In this document: one piece after another, positions 31,377 through 40,170 of the stretch
How positions within the stretch are numbered: position 1 is the first letter of the stretch
Layout: every line of letters begins with the position of its first letter
Virus record (IMG/VR): IMGVR_UViG_3300042868_011620
Coordinates: 32,001 to 96,000 of that record
Source: a virus
Direction: 5' to 3' (one strand)
DNA: 64,000 nt
Made by a program: the position numbers and the translations under genes
Notes under the pieces: generated by a model
Database searches by the model: none
Seen by the model: only the letters and a program-made list of their open reading frames with translations
What the model was told of the DNA's origin: nothing

Positions 31377-32056
31377 TTGATGATGTCGTTTTGATAAATG
31401 ATTTCTTTCGCCTTGTTTTTGAGCATGTTCTTTAAATTTTTGATTTGCTTGTAGCCAGCTTTGCGGTTTTTTTCGTTAGTTTTATAACCCATGAAATTTG
31501 CCACATCTTCTTCTGATTTTTTTTCTAAAAAAAGCATCACATACACTGTGTAATGCTCTGCTGACAAAGCGTTTTTCATCATCTTGTTCAACTCTTCTAG
31601 TGATGAATCAAAATGAATGTAAGAGTCTTGCTTTTGGTCAACTTCTACGAGATGATTCTCAATAGAGAGAGGCATTTTTATTCCGTAGCCAATTTTTTTT
31701 AATTTTGACCATTTAGCATAGTCACTGCAAGATTCTTCTTGATTGCCAGATGAATTTTTAGCACACAGTGTGCCGCCCATGTTGAATTCGCAGTTCATGC
31801 AGGGACGCACATAGTTTGTGTAGTTGTTTCGGATAATATTTTTGATTTGATTGCTAGTGATTCGCGCAATCCATGGTTCAAGGGGTTTTGTTTCATCCCA
31901 CATGTGCCACTTTTTATAAATGTGCAATTTGACCATTTGAGATACATCCTCAAAATCAAACCAAGCAATAGCTTTTAGCTGCCATTTTTTTTGGAACTTG
32001 CTGACTACCGCATCAATTGTTGCATAGTGTTCAGTGTAGGAGTTGTTATTGGACAC
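31373..32056 (-). CDS. sigma70/ECF-like phage sigma factor
   Basis: DFEDVSQ..LHIYKKWHMWD...WIARI..NQIKN (region 2-like) and C-terminal HTH; GTG start at 32056 preferred over 32131. Confidence 0.7.
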   Translation of the reverse strand: MSNNNSYTEHYATIDAVVSKFQKKWQLKAIAWFDFEDVSQMVKLHIYKKWHMWDETKPLEPWIARITSNQIKNIIRNNYTNYVRPCMNCEFNMGGTLCAKNSSGNQEESCSDYAKWSKLKKIGYGIKMPLSIENHLVEVDQKQDSYIHFDSSLEELNKMMKNALSAEHYTVYVMLFLEKKSEEDVANFMGYKTNEKNRKAGYKQIKNLKNMLKNKAKEIIYQNDIIK

Positions 32057-32420
32057 GCTTTTTTTCAATAAAATCTTCAAAGTTTTGGGTGGACTTTTTG
32101 CGTCTAGGAGACTCGTTAGAATTTGACCCAAATAAAGATCCTAGTTTAAAGCTAGAAATTCCCTCGTAGTCAGACTCTACATCTACTGCGAGACTGCGAA
32201 GCTTGGGAACGCGCATTGAATCTGAAAAATCAGAGGAATCATAGTCGTCATCATCCTCATCGATAACATCATCGTCATCAAAAGCCTCTTTGCTAGGAGG
32301 AGTTTTTTTGGGGGGATTTTTAACAGCGCCAAATGCTGATCCGCACCCTGAGCAGAATTTTGGTTTCGAGTAAGTGTAAGAGTGTTTGTTTCCACACTCA
32401 AAACAAAAAATATTATTCAT
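32046..32420 (-). CDS. zinc-ribbon protein
   Basis: CFECG...FCSGCG followed by an acidic tract. Confidence 0.7.
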   Translation of the reverse strand: MNNIFCFECGNKHSYTYSKPKFCSGCGSAFGAVKNPPKKTPPSKEAFDDDDVIDEDDDDYDSSDFSDSMRVPKLRSLAVDVESDYEGISSFKLGSLFGSNSNESPRRKKSTQNFEDFIEKKRVQ

Positions 32421-32467
32421 ATACACTTATTATAAGTGTATAAAATTATAATTCTAATTTTTTTAAA

Positions 32468-32530
32468 TGGGGGCTCGCTGCCTTTTTCGTTACTTCAGCC
32501 TACACGGCTCAGTGTTGCAGCGGCCCCCAC
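32468..32530 (-). ncRNA. candidate structured small RNA
   Basis: GGGGGCCGCTGC...GCAGCGAGCCCCC closing stem with inner AGCC/GGCT hairpin, downstream of an AGTGTAAA motif. Confidence 0.35.
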
Positions 32531-32536
32531 TTTCTT

Positions 32537-33268
32537 TTACACTTTTGTTTGGCGAGTTTCTAACTTAGAAACTAAAAACTTGAGAATTTCGCTTCTCACA
32601 ATGTCAGAGTTGTCAAAGCCAAAACACTGAACTCCTCGCTCGCGGCTAACTTCATCATTGAACATTTCAAACATTTCGCGAAAGCCAGAGCGAGAGCCAA
32701 TGTCGCTCTGCATATAATCGCCGCAAATCATGAGTTTAGAACCTTCGGCAATTCGAGTGATTACAGTGGTGAGTTCTTTGAAGGTGAAGTTTTGAGCTTC
32801 ATCCACAACAATAACTTTGTTGCTCCAGTTTGCTCCTCGCAAAAAGTTGACTGGAATAGCTGCGATTTTTTCTTGACCTTTTAACCAAATGATGTCTGGA
32901 GTTTCAACCATCTCTTCTAGCTTGTCGTATAGTGGCATGAGAAATGGATCAAACTTTTCAGCCATGTCTCCTGGCAAACTGCCAAGTCCTTTGTCAGCGC
33001 TTTCAATGATGCTGCGCACGTAGAGTAGTTGTTTGTCTCTGTCTGCCATTAAAAGCTGCAAAGCAACGTAGATGCTAGAATAACTTTTGGCGGAACCTGC
33101 TGGTCCAGCTACAAAAATGATGGAGTTTTGCGGTTCAAGGGCAAGTTCTAAGAATTTTCGCTGCTTGTCTGTGAATTTGAATTTTCTTGGTTTGAATCGA
33201 ATAGAATGCTCAATTTGTGAGTGGATTTGTAATTGAGCGACGGGTTTTTCAATTTTTTTCTTTGACAT
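32537..33268 (-). CDS. phoH: PhoH-family ATPase
   Basis: GPAGSAKS, LGSLPGD, FLRG, DEAQN, GDYMQSD, DIVRS. Confidence 0.93.
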   Translation of the reverse strand: MSKKKIEKPVAQLQIHSQIEHSIRFKPRKFKFTDKQRKFLELALEPQNSIIFVAGPAGSAKSYSSIYVALQLLMADRDKQLLYVRSIIESADKGLGSLPGDMAEKFDPFLMPLYDKLEEMVETPDIIWLKGQEKIAAIPVNFLRGANWSNKVIVVDEAQNFTFKELTTVITRIAEGSKLMICGDYMQSDIGSRSGFREMFEMFNDEVSRERGVQCFGFDNSDIVRSEILKFLVSKLETRQTKV

Positions 33269-33284
33269 CTAAAATGAATTACAC

Positions 33285-34205
33285 TTACAAAATTATTTCG
33301 CGCAAAGTAACTTGACCCCCAAGCACATCTCCAGCATTTATTGATAAGTTTTGTGAAATGATTCTAGCATTATGCGAGAAAAATAGTGGCGGCTCTAATG
33401 GAATTTGATTTGGGGTTCTCAAGCTCACTGTTATTAATGATTCTTTGTTTGGATTGTCTGCTGAACCACTATAATTAATGAATTGATTAACATTGTCGGA
33501 CTTGATGGAAATTTCTTTGCTCACTGCATCTAAAAAACAGTTGGTGGCATCAATGCTTCCTATAGTGTAAACTGGAGAACGATTGCAGGATACTTTGTAC
33601 GACAAAGTTTCTCTAGTATTGGTTAAAAGATTTCCTCCAGTGATGACAACATTGTGACCATAGTACATGCCATTTTCGGGCAAGGCTGAACTGCCATTTA
33701 AATAAACTAAAACATCTTCGCCATACATGGACAAAAGATTTTGATAGTAAATAGCGTCGCCAGGAGGAAGAGTTGTTGGATCTGCTGATTTAATAGCTCC
33801 AAGACTGTCGCTGTCAAAATTTGTGCTTAAACAAATGAAATCTGCGCTCATCATTGTTGGCATGAAAGGCGCAATTTCCATGGAGAGATTTTCCAAATAG
33901 CAGTTGGGAACGACTGTTGATCCAATTTTAATATCACTGCGCACATCTCCTGTTAAAATTGATAAGATTTGCTGCGTGGCAGTGTAATTAACTCCTGAGA
34001 AAAGAGAAGTTGCGGCAAAAAAGTTGAGACTCACTTTTACATCTAAATTGCCGCCAATTTTAAAATGTTGATTCGGGGCGAGAGAGAGATTTTTGTTTTC
34101 TTCTAGTTTTGGGGAGAGAGAAACGCTAGCGCTGGTGGATGCACAAAAGTGCTCCACTCCAGTAACGAAAATGCTAACGGGTAAATTGCTGTAAAGAGTG
34201 GCCAT
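33285..34205 (-). CDS. probable structural (tube-like) protein
   Basis: NCYLENLSMEI and NRSPVYTIGS resemble the tail-tube paralogues; late motif upstream. Confidence 0.45.
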   Translation of the reverse strand: MATLYSNLPVSIFVTGVEHFCASTSASVSLSPKLEENKNLSLAPNQHFKIGGNLDVKVSLNFFAATSLFSGVNYTATQQILSILTGDVRSDIKIGSTVVPNCYLENLSMEIAPFMPTMMSADFICLSTNFDSDSLGAIKSADPTTLPPGDAIYYQNLLSMYGEDVLVYLNGSSALPENGMYYGHNVVITGGNLLTNTRETLSYKVSCNRSPVYTIGSIDATNCFLDAVSKEISIKSDNVNQFINYSGSADNPNKESLITVSLRTPNQIPLEPPLFFSHNARIISQNLSINAGDVLGGQVTLREIIL

Positions 34206-34463
34206 GCTTTTCTTTACACTCTATGGGAATTTGGGGATTGGGGTTTGGTTTTTTTTCTGTTTTTCAATCGAGTTGTTCCAGTAATTTTTGGTTTGGTTTT
34301 TGTGATTTGGGGGGGGGTTGAGGGATGGGAGATTGGTGTGGTCGGCAATTGAGGAGAATGTCCCCCCCGCGTTATGTTAGAGTTGACCTCTAACATCTTT
34401 TTGAGAAATGGGGGGGGGTATAACAAAAATGCCCACCCTTTCGGGTGGGCTAGCTTGCTAGTG

Positions 34464-34745
34464 TTAGCCAAGCTCAAGTTCTGCTAGCGTATCCTTTGCG
34501 ACCTTTACCTGACGTTGAAGGCAATCGCAATAGAGTTCGCCATCTCTGTCGCATGAGAAGCAAGTCACTTCATGCACTTCGATCAAGTCTAGCAATACGC
34601 GCAATTGGATTTCCATTTTTTTGGCAACGCTAGAGGGAACCCATCCCTCTGGCAAGTAATTCCGTTCGCAGATGATTTCATCGTTTGCTGTCTCTGCATC
34701 GGTGATTGGTGATAGTGATAGGGTTTTGATTTGAGTGTTGTTCAT
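34464..34745 (-). CDS. hypothetical protein with Cys cluster
   Basis: MNNTQIK start; ends at TAAC-terminator repeat. Confidence 0.6.
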   Translation of the reverse strand: MNNTQIKTLSLSPITDAETANDEIICERNYLPEGWVPSSVAKKMEIQLRVLLDLIEVHEVTCFSCDRDGELYCDCLQRQVKVAKDTLAELELG

Positions 34746-34800
34746 AGTGTTTTTTTTCTGTTGAGGTTGAGATGCCCACCCTTTCGGGTGGGCTGTTTGG

Positions 34801-34959
34801 TTAGTGTGCGCCGTGGTATTTTGCATCGTCCCATGCAGCTTCTTGCGCATCCCGTTCATGTTCTAACGCATCGGCCATGTCATCGTAACCGTCCAACTGT
34901 TTTTCCCATGCGATGATTTTTGCGATTGCCAGTTTCTGTGCTTCGGTGATTTCGTTCAT
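34801..34959 (-). CDS. hypothetical acidic 52-aa protein
   Basis: MNEITEAQKL...YHGAH, read manually; preceded by TTGCGC-N16-TATAGT. Confidence 0.65.
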   Translation of the reverse strand: MNEITEAQKLAIAKIIAWEKQLDGYDDMADALEHERDAQEAAWDDAKYHGAH

Positions 34960-35061
34960 GTGATTACTATACCCCATGGCGAGGAAAGCGCAAACTCTTT
35001 TTTCTTCTTTTAGAAACTTTTTTCAGCCCCAAAAAAAACTCCTAAAAGCTCAAAATAAAAG

Positions 35062-35089
35062 TTGCGTTCTCCCATTCCTCGCCTATAGT
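35062..35089 (+). promoter_or_regulatory. early sigma70-like promoter (representative)
   Basis: TTGCGT-N16-TATAGT with A-rich UP tract, ATG 8 nt downstream; similar copies near 35518, 36049, 36878, 37336, 37548, 38187, 38642, 39202, 40098, 41161, 42169, 43165, 44301. Confidence 0.8.
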
Positions 35090-35097
35090 AGGGAATC

Positions 35098-35292
35098 ATG
35101 AACGAACAAGAAATGACAGACGCAGGCTACGAAAATCTCGGCTTCTCCAACGGTTGGAGTGATGAGTTCCACGCGCAAGTGATGGCGCTATGGTTCAAAC
35201 ACGGTGGACGCCCCGTGGCCCGCTACAAGGGAGCAAGGCAAGATGTCTTTGCTGTAGACGGTGCCAAAATCTTCTGGACCACAAGCCTCTAA
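35098..35292 (+). CDS. hypothetical early protein
   Basis: Promoter-ORF-terminator cassette. Confidence 0.7.
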   Translation: MNEQEMTDAGYENLGFSNGWSDEFHAQVMALWFKHGGRPVARYKGARQDVFAVDGAKIFWTTSL

Positions 35293-35305
35293 CACTAGCA
35301 AGACA

Positions 35306-35331
35306 ACCCACCCGAAAGGGTGGGCTTTTTT
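35306..35331 (+). terminator. repeated intrinsic terminator (representative)
   Basis: CCCACCC-GAAA-GGGTGGG-C-TTTTTT; copies near 35837, 36813, 37122, 38021, 38476, 38969, 39894, 41957, 43008 and, on the minus strand, 34431. Confidence 0.88.
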
Positions 35332-35351
35332 GTGTTAGAGAGGCGGGAGTC

Positions 35352-35426
35352 ATAAGTCGTTGATTATCAACGCCCTAACAATTTTTGCCCCCCGCTCGCG
35401 TAAGTCGTTGACTTTCAACGAGTTAC
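35352..35426. repeat. double 27-bp palindrome element (representative of 12)
   Basis: GTAACTCGTTGA-NNN-TCAACGAGTTAC twice, starts 48 bp apart. Confidence 0.9.
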
Positions 35427-35553
35427 GATGACGCTCTTGCCTATAACATATAGCGTTCGCGCCATTGTCAAGCGCAAAGTTTCAGGAAAGAAAAAGCCTA
35501 AAAGATCAAAATAAAACTTGCGTTCTTTCCTTCCTCGCGTATACTAAGGAATC

Positions 35554-35823
35554 ATGTTCACCACTACTCATCCCGCCTTCAAGCTCGCTCGTAAAGCCAC
35601 CACCCTCGAACTGCAAATGCAGTTCGACGATCAACTCATCAAGGTTATGATCAAGATCGGAGCCAAGCACACCTACAAAGCCCTTCATGAAGAAACCCTT
35701 AAGCAGGGCAAGCTGCCACTAGCATACCGCCTAGTGATCACTCCCTTCCATCAGAAAGCCATCTGGTTCCAAGTGGAGAAGGGAACACGGTTCGATATGT
35801 ACCTCATGACTGCCAACCTCTAA
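35554..35823 (+). CDS. hypothetical early protein, paralogue of 37371..37526
   Basis: LQMQFDDQLIKV..ALHEETLK vs LQIHFDSLVVKV..AVHKETVK. Confidence 0.7.
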   Translation: MFTTTHPAFKLARKATTLELQMQFDDQLIKVMIKIGAKHTYKALHEETLKQGKLPLAYRLVITPFHQKAIWFQVEKGTRFDMYLMTANL

Positions 35824-36084
35824 CACTAGCAAGATGACCCACCCTTCGGGGTGGGCTTTTTTATGTTAGCAAAAGGAGAGTTATAAGTCGTTGACTGTCA
35901 ACGAGTTACGAAGTTGCACCCCGCGCCCGCGTAACTCGTTGATTATCAACGAGTTATCAATTCCCACTCGCCTATAACATATATGACTTGTGCCATTGTC
36001 AAGCGCAAAGTTTCAGGAAAAAAAATCTTTTAAATCAATAAAAATGTCTTGCACCTTTCCCCTGATCAGGTATAGTAGGGGATC

Positions 36085-36219
36085 ATGAACGACACCACTA
36101 CATTCCACGACCTGTTCACTAACTTCTCCCCGCACTGGCCCTCTGACGCTGGCGAGGTGGCAGAATACGATGCCTTCCTTGCTGAGTTCCACGCTCAAGT
36201 GGAGGATCAAGAAGCCTAA
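36085..36219 (+). CDS. hypothetical 44-aa acidic protein
   Basis: MNDTTTFHDL...EDQEA, read manually between promoter and hairpin. Confidence 0.6.
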   Translation: MNDTTTFHDLFTNFSPHWPSDAGEVAEYDAFLAEFHAQVEDQEA

Positions 36220-36268
36220 CAACTTAGCCCACCCTTCGGGGTGGGCACACCACACCCTATAACACATT

Positions 36269-36520
36269 ATGATTGAAACCCTCGACACTGACCTGATGGC
36301 TCTCATGTTCCGCAAGATGGCAACTAAGCTATACATGGGATTGACCGTGAGCGAATCGCACAGTTTGATACATAACCTTTCTGTGCTGAGCACTCTCACA
36401 ACAGGTTTATCGCCATGTGAAGATAATACAATGCTGGCTGAATTGCTAGAGAATCAGGCGACTCATGCTGTGAATCGGCACATGGCTGAATTAATCAATG
36501 TGCTGATGCAAGATGGCTAA
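36269..36520 (+). CDS. hypothetical protein
   Basis: 83-aa ORF. Confidence 0.55.
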   Translation: MIETLDTDLMALMFRKMATKLYMGLTVSESHSLIHNLSVLSTLTTGLSPCEDNTMLAELLENQATHAVNRHMAELINVLMQDG

Positions 36521-36542
36521 CACAATATAGAATCAAATCAAA

Positions 36543-36800
36543 ATGACAAACACTGACAAATATCATCAAGCAATCGTCAAGCGCGATGAAGCTTGGCAAA
36601 CGTGGAATGAATTTCATGCAGCTTGCCGCGAAGCTTACGTTGCCGCCACTAACGCACCTGATTTCACTTACGGTGAAACCCTGTGCTGGGAAAAATACGA
36701 GGCAACTTGTAAAAAGCGCGAGGACGCTTATGTTGAAGCGGTTGATGCTGATGAAGATGTTTGGAGAGCAAAAAACTGGGCAAACAATTACGGCGCATAA
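36543..36800 (+). CDS. hypothetical helical protein
   Basis: 85 aa ending at TAAC-terminator repeat. Confidence 0.7.
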   Translation: MTNTDKYHQAIVKRDEAWQTWNEFHAACREAYVAATNAPDFTYGETLCWEKYEATCKKREDAYVEAVDADEDVWRAKNWANNYGA

Positions 36801-36912
36801 CACTAGCAAGACAGCCCACCCTTCGGGGTGGGCTTTTTTGTGCCTTGAAAAAGTTCTCAAAAGAAGAAAAAAAAACTTGCGCTCTCTCCTTCCTCATGTA
36901 TACTAGGGAATC

Positions 36913-37116
36913 ATGAACAAACCACTTAAAGCTAGTGACGCCGAGGACTATCGCCGTATAATCGAAGTGCTAAAAAAACTTGTAGCTTTCGATGATCTTA
37001 TGAATGACCCCACATGGGAGGATTCAGGAACTTACATGGGCGCTTATCATGCCTACTATAAGGGGAATTTTGAAGTATGGAAAGAAGCTAGATCATTTCT
37101 ACCCCAAGAAGCCTAG
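36913..37116 (+). CDS. hypothetical early protein
   Basis: Own promoter and terminator. Confidence 0.7.
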   Translation: MNKPLKASDAEDYRRIIEVLKKLVAFDDLMNDPTWEDSGTYMGAYHAYYKGNFEVWKEARSFLPQEA

Positions 37117-37370
37117 CAATTAGCCCACCCTTCGGGGTGGGCTTTTTTGTGTTAGAGAAAGGGGAGTCATAAGTCGTTGACTGTCAACGACTTACGAGGC
37201 TGCGCCCCGCGTTTGCGTAACTCGTTGATTTTCAACGTGCTATCAATTCACCCCTCTCTATAACAACTCTCTGTCTCGCGATTGTCAAGCGAGAATTTCA
37301 GAAAAAGAAAATACCTAAAAACTCAAAAAACATCTTGCGTTCATCTCATCATGAGGTATACTAAGGAACA

Positions 37371-37526
37371 ATGAAGCAAGCTTCCTCCCACGTTACTCTC
37401 CAGATTCACTTCGACTCTCTTGTTGTCAAGGTCAAGGTCAAGCGCAACGATGCCGCTATCAATTCCGCCGTTCACAAGGAAACTGTCAAGCGCAAAAATC
37501 TTCCAAACTTCTACACCTTTGCTTGA
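37371..37526 (+). CDS. hypothetical 51-aa protein, paralogue of 35554..35823
   Basis: MKQASSHVTLQIHFD..., read manually after promoter at 37336. Confidence 0.65.
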   Translation: MKQASSHVTLQIHFDSLVVKVKVKRNDAAINSAVHKETVKRKNLPNFYTFA

Positions 37527-37584
37527 ATTTAAAGTCTTAAAAAACACTTGCATCTCTCCCATCACCTGCTACACTAAAAACATC

Positions 37585-38007
37585 ATGAAACTGATCCTTC
37601 CTCTTTGCTCCTTCCTCGCCGTTGCCGCTTGCGTCTACACCCTGGACTTTCCCGCTACTAGCATCTTTTACGCTTTGTTAGTTCTCTGGGCAGTGACTGG
37701 CATTGCCCTGTCCATCATGATTCTAAACGCTCGCCTTCGCCGCAAGGCTAAGCAAGCAAAAATGTATGCCCACCTTGAAAAGCTGATTGTTGCTAGCAAA
37801 GGCAAATTCTTCTCTCTGAGCTTCACCTTGCCCAACGGCAAAAAACAAGTTATCAATGGCAAAAATTTCTACTACTCTCTGCTGCGCCTCAACGAGCCTG
37901 TGCGCTACAAATTTGTTGATAGGAACCGCAAAGCTTTCACGCAGCTTAAAAGAGCCTCAAACGTTCGGTTCATCTGCGGCAAAGTGAACACTATGGTCGG
38001 CCACTAA
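37585..38007 (+). CDS. membrane-anchored SH3/Sm-like (WYL_2-like) protein
   Basis: Two hydrophobic helices plus KGKFFSLSFT..NG...INGKN, paralogous to 42205..42480. Confidence 0.6.
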   Translation: MKLILPLCSFLAVAACVYTLDFPATSIFYALLVLWAVTGIALSIMILNARLRRKAKQAKMYAHLEKLIVASKGKFFSLSFTLPNGKKQVINGKNFYYSLLRLNEPVRYKFVDRNRKAFTQLKRASNVRFICGKVNTMVGH

Positions 38008-38222
38008 CACTAGCAAGACTAGCCCACCCTTCGGGGTGGGCTTTTTTGTGTTAGCAAAGCGGGAGTCATAAGTCGTTGATTATCAACGAGTTACGAAGTT
38101 GCACCGCGCAGCCGCGTAAGTCGTTGATAATCAACGTGCTATCAATCTTTAAAAAGCATTTTAATTCTAAAAGAGTGAAAAAAAACTTGCACTCTGCCGC
38201 TTCTGCTGTATAGTGGTGGATC

Positions 38223-38459
38223 ATGAAGTCCTCCCATTCTTCCCCTCCCGTCTATCGTCAACTCGTTCGCTTTGCGCAGCACTTCTACTGTAGCAGCGAT
38301 AAAACTGAAGTGTCCTCTTATCGGCAATATAGCAATGGTGATGTTGAACTCGAAGTTGTCCATTGTTCTGGCAGGCTATCACTCTACGATTCGGTTGCTT
38401 GGACTAATGACATCCTTGGGGTACTGGATGAACATGGCGAATCAGCACTCTGCTGGTAG
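38223..38459 (+). CDS. hypothetical early protein
   Basis: Promoter-ORF-terminator cassette. Confidence 0.65.
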   Translation: MKSSHSSPPVYRQLVRFAQHFYCSSDKTEVSSYRQYSNGDVELEVVHCSGRLSLYDSVAWTNDILGVLDEHGESALCW

Positions 38460-38677
38460 CTAACACTAGCAAGATAGCCCACCCTTTGGGGTGGGCTTTT
38501 TTGTGGTCGTGAATAGACTTGCGTAACTCGTTGAGTATCAACGAGTTACGAGGTTGCACCGCGCAGCCGCGTAAGTCGTTGATAATCAACGTGCTATCAA
38601 TCTTTAAAAAGCATTTTAATTCCAAAAGAGTAAAAAAAAACTTGCACTCTGCCGCTTCTGACGTATAGTAATGGATC

Positions 38678-38962
38678 ATGAAGTCTCTCTCTTCTCTCTC
38701 TCCTACTCAAGCCATTATCATCCGCTTTCTCTGCAATCTGTGGAAGCGTAATCACGCTCAAGTCAAACTTGCCAGAATCAACTCAGTCAAGGCCCATTCT
38801 GGTCTTGCCACAAATCGCCTCTTAGATATGTTAGACGCTGAACTGACAGCGGCAGAAACTCGCCGCAACATTGCCTTTCATGAATTGATGAATTTTGTCG
38901 ATGAAATCGGATTGGACGATTCGGAAGTTGTTGACTTGTTAGACCCTAAACTGAGTCGCTAA
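38678..38962 (+). CDS. hypothetical early protein
   Basis: Promoter-ORF-terminator cassette. Confidence 0.7.
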   Translation: MKSLSSLSPTQAIIIRFLCNLWKRNHAQVKLARINSVKAHSGLATNRLLDMLDAELTAAETRRNIAFHELMNFVDEIGLDDSEVVDLLDPKLSR

Positions 38963-39140
38963 CAACTTAGCTCACTCGAAAGAGTGGGCTTTTTTGTGGT
39001 CGCGAATAGACATGCGTAACTCGTTGATTATCAACAGGTTACGAGGTTGCACCGCGCAGCGCCGTAACTCGTTGATTATCAACAACTTATGAACGCCCTC
39101 TTCTCATCCATCGATCCCAGACTCTCTATTTAGCACTTTG

Positions 39141-39197
39141 CTATTTGCAACTCTCCTATTTGCAACTCTCCTATTTGCAACTCTTTCACTTGCAACT
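39141..39197. repeat. 15-bp tandem repeat CTATTTGCAACTCTC
   Basis: Three copies plus one degenerate copy; related cluster at 44760-44862. Confidence 0.85.
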
Positions 39198-39238
39198 CCT
39201 CTTGACAAGAGAAAAATTCTCGCGTAAGATGAAGTCCT

Positions 39239-39436
39239 ATGAACCAAATAGAACAAGCCCTCTTTTATCGCGACGGACTGTCTGTAGCCGAAGCGGAATT
39301 CTTTGTTAGAGAAGCTCGCGCCCGCGTATGGGATGGCGAAAGTCCTGAAAAAATTCTACAAGACGAATTCTTTCTTGAACCAGAATATGCTATCGACTTG
39401 ATCGGCTCCCAATCTTTTACCGCAATTGATGAATAA
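39239..39436 (+). CDS. hypothetical protein
   Basis: 65 aa after a TTGACA...TAAGAT promoter. Confidence 0.7.
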   Translation: MNQIEQALFYRDGLSVAEAEFFVREARARVWDGESPEKILQDEFFLEPEYAIDLIGSQSFTAIDE

Positions 39437-39487
39437 TCTCTTGACTCTCGCCCAAAATAATGTATTTTAAATCTCCACTACACCTTA

Positions 39488-39663
39488 TGAAAAAACTCCT
39501 CTTCCTTCTCAACAAAACCTTTTTCCCCGCATCTAAAGAAATCGAAGAATGGTTTCGCGCTGGGGATCAACCAGTCTATGGCGCGAAAGTCTTTTCTCAA
39601 AAATCTTGGATGGAAAAACAAATCGAAGAATCGATGCGCAAAAAATCCCTTGGACTTCACTAA
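39488..39663 (+). CDS. hypothetical protein
   Basis: MKKLLF start. Confidence 0.5.
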
Positions 39664-39689
39664 TCTCACCTTTGAACAATACAAATCAA

Positions 39690-39878
39690 ATGGACAAACC
39701 TTCAAACGAAATCATGGCAATCATTTGTAGCTTAGCCGCCAATGCTTTGCAGCAAAACAAAAATTGGGAAGATGCGATTGAAACGCACGGCTACATGGCA
39801 GAAATGGAATACTGCAACAAAGAAAAGGAGAGCCTCAAGCTTCTTGACGAATGGATCGACCAAGTCGAAGCTGAATAA
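39690..39878 (+). CDS. hypothetical protein
   Basis: MDKPSNE start; ends before terminator. Confidence 0.6.
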   Translation: MDKPSNEIMAIICSLAANALQQNKNWEDAIETHGYMAEMEYCNKEKESLKLLDEWIDQVEAE

Positions 39879-40170
39879 GATCCTAACGCTACTAGCCCAC
39901 TCTTCGGAGTGGGCTTTTTACTGCTCATCGCTAAACTGTTGATTATCAAGGACTTACAGCGCTGCGTGGCCCGCCCGCGTAACTCGTTGATAATCAACGA
40001 GTTATCAATTCACACCATCTTATAACAATTGTTGCGCCCGCCATTGTCAACCGCGAATTCAAGAAAAAAAATAATCACATCAAATTCAAAATAAAAGTTG
40101 CGTTCTCCAGTTCCTCGCCTATAGTCTTTTTAGCTGCACGTTGCAGTTCTTCACACTAACTAACTACACT

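Noticed and set aside
32468-32530. Hammerhead ribozyme
   Set aside because: CTGAAGT...GAAA does not match the CUGANGA core and stem II is missing
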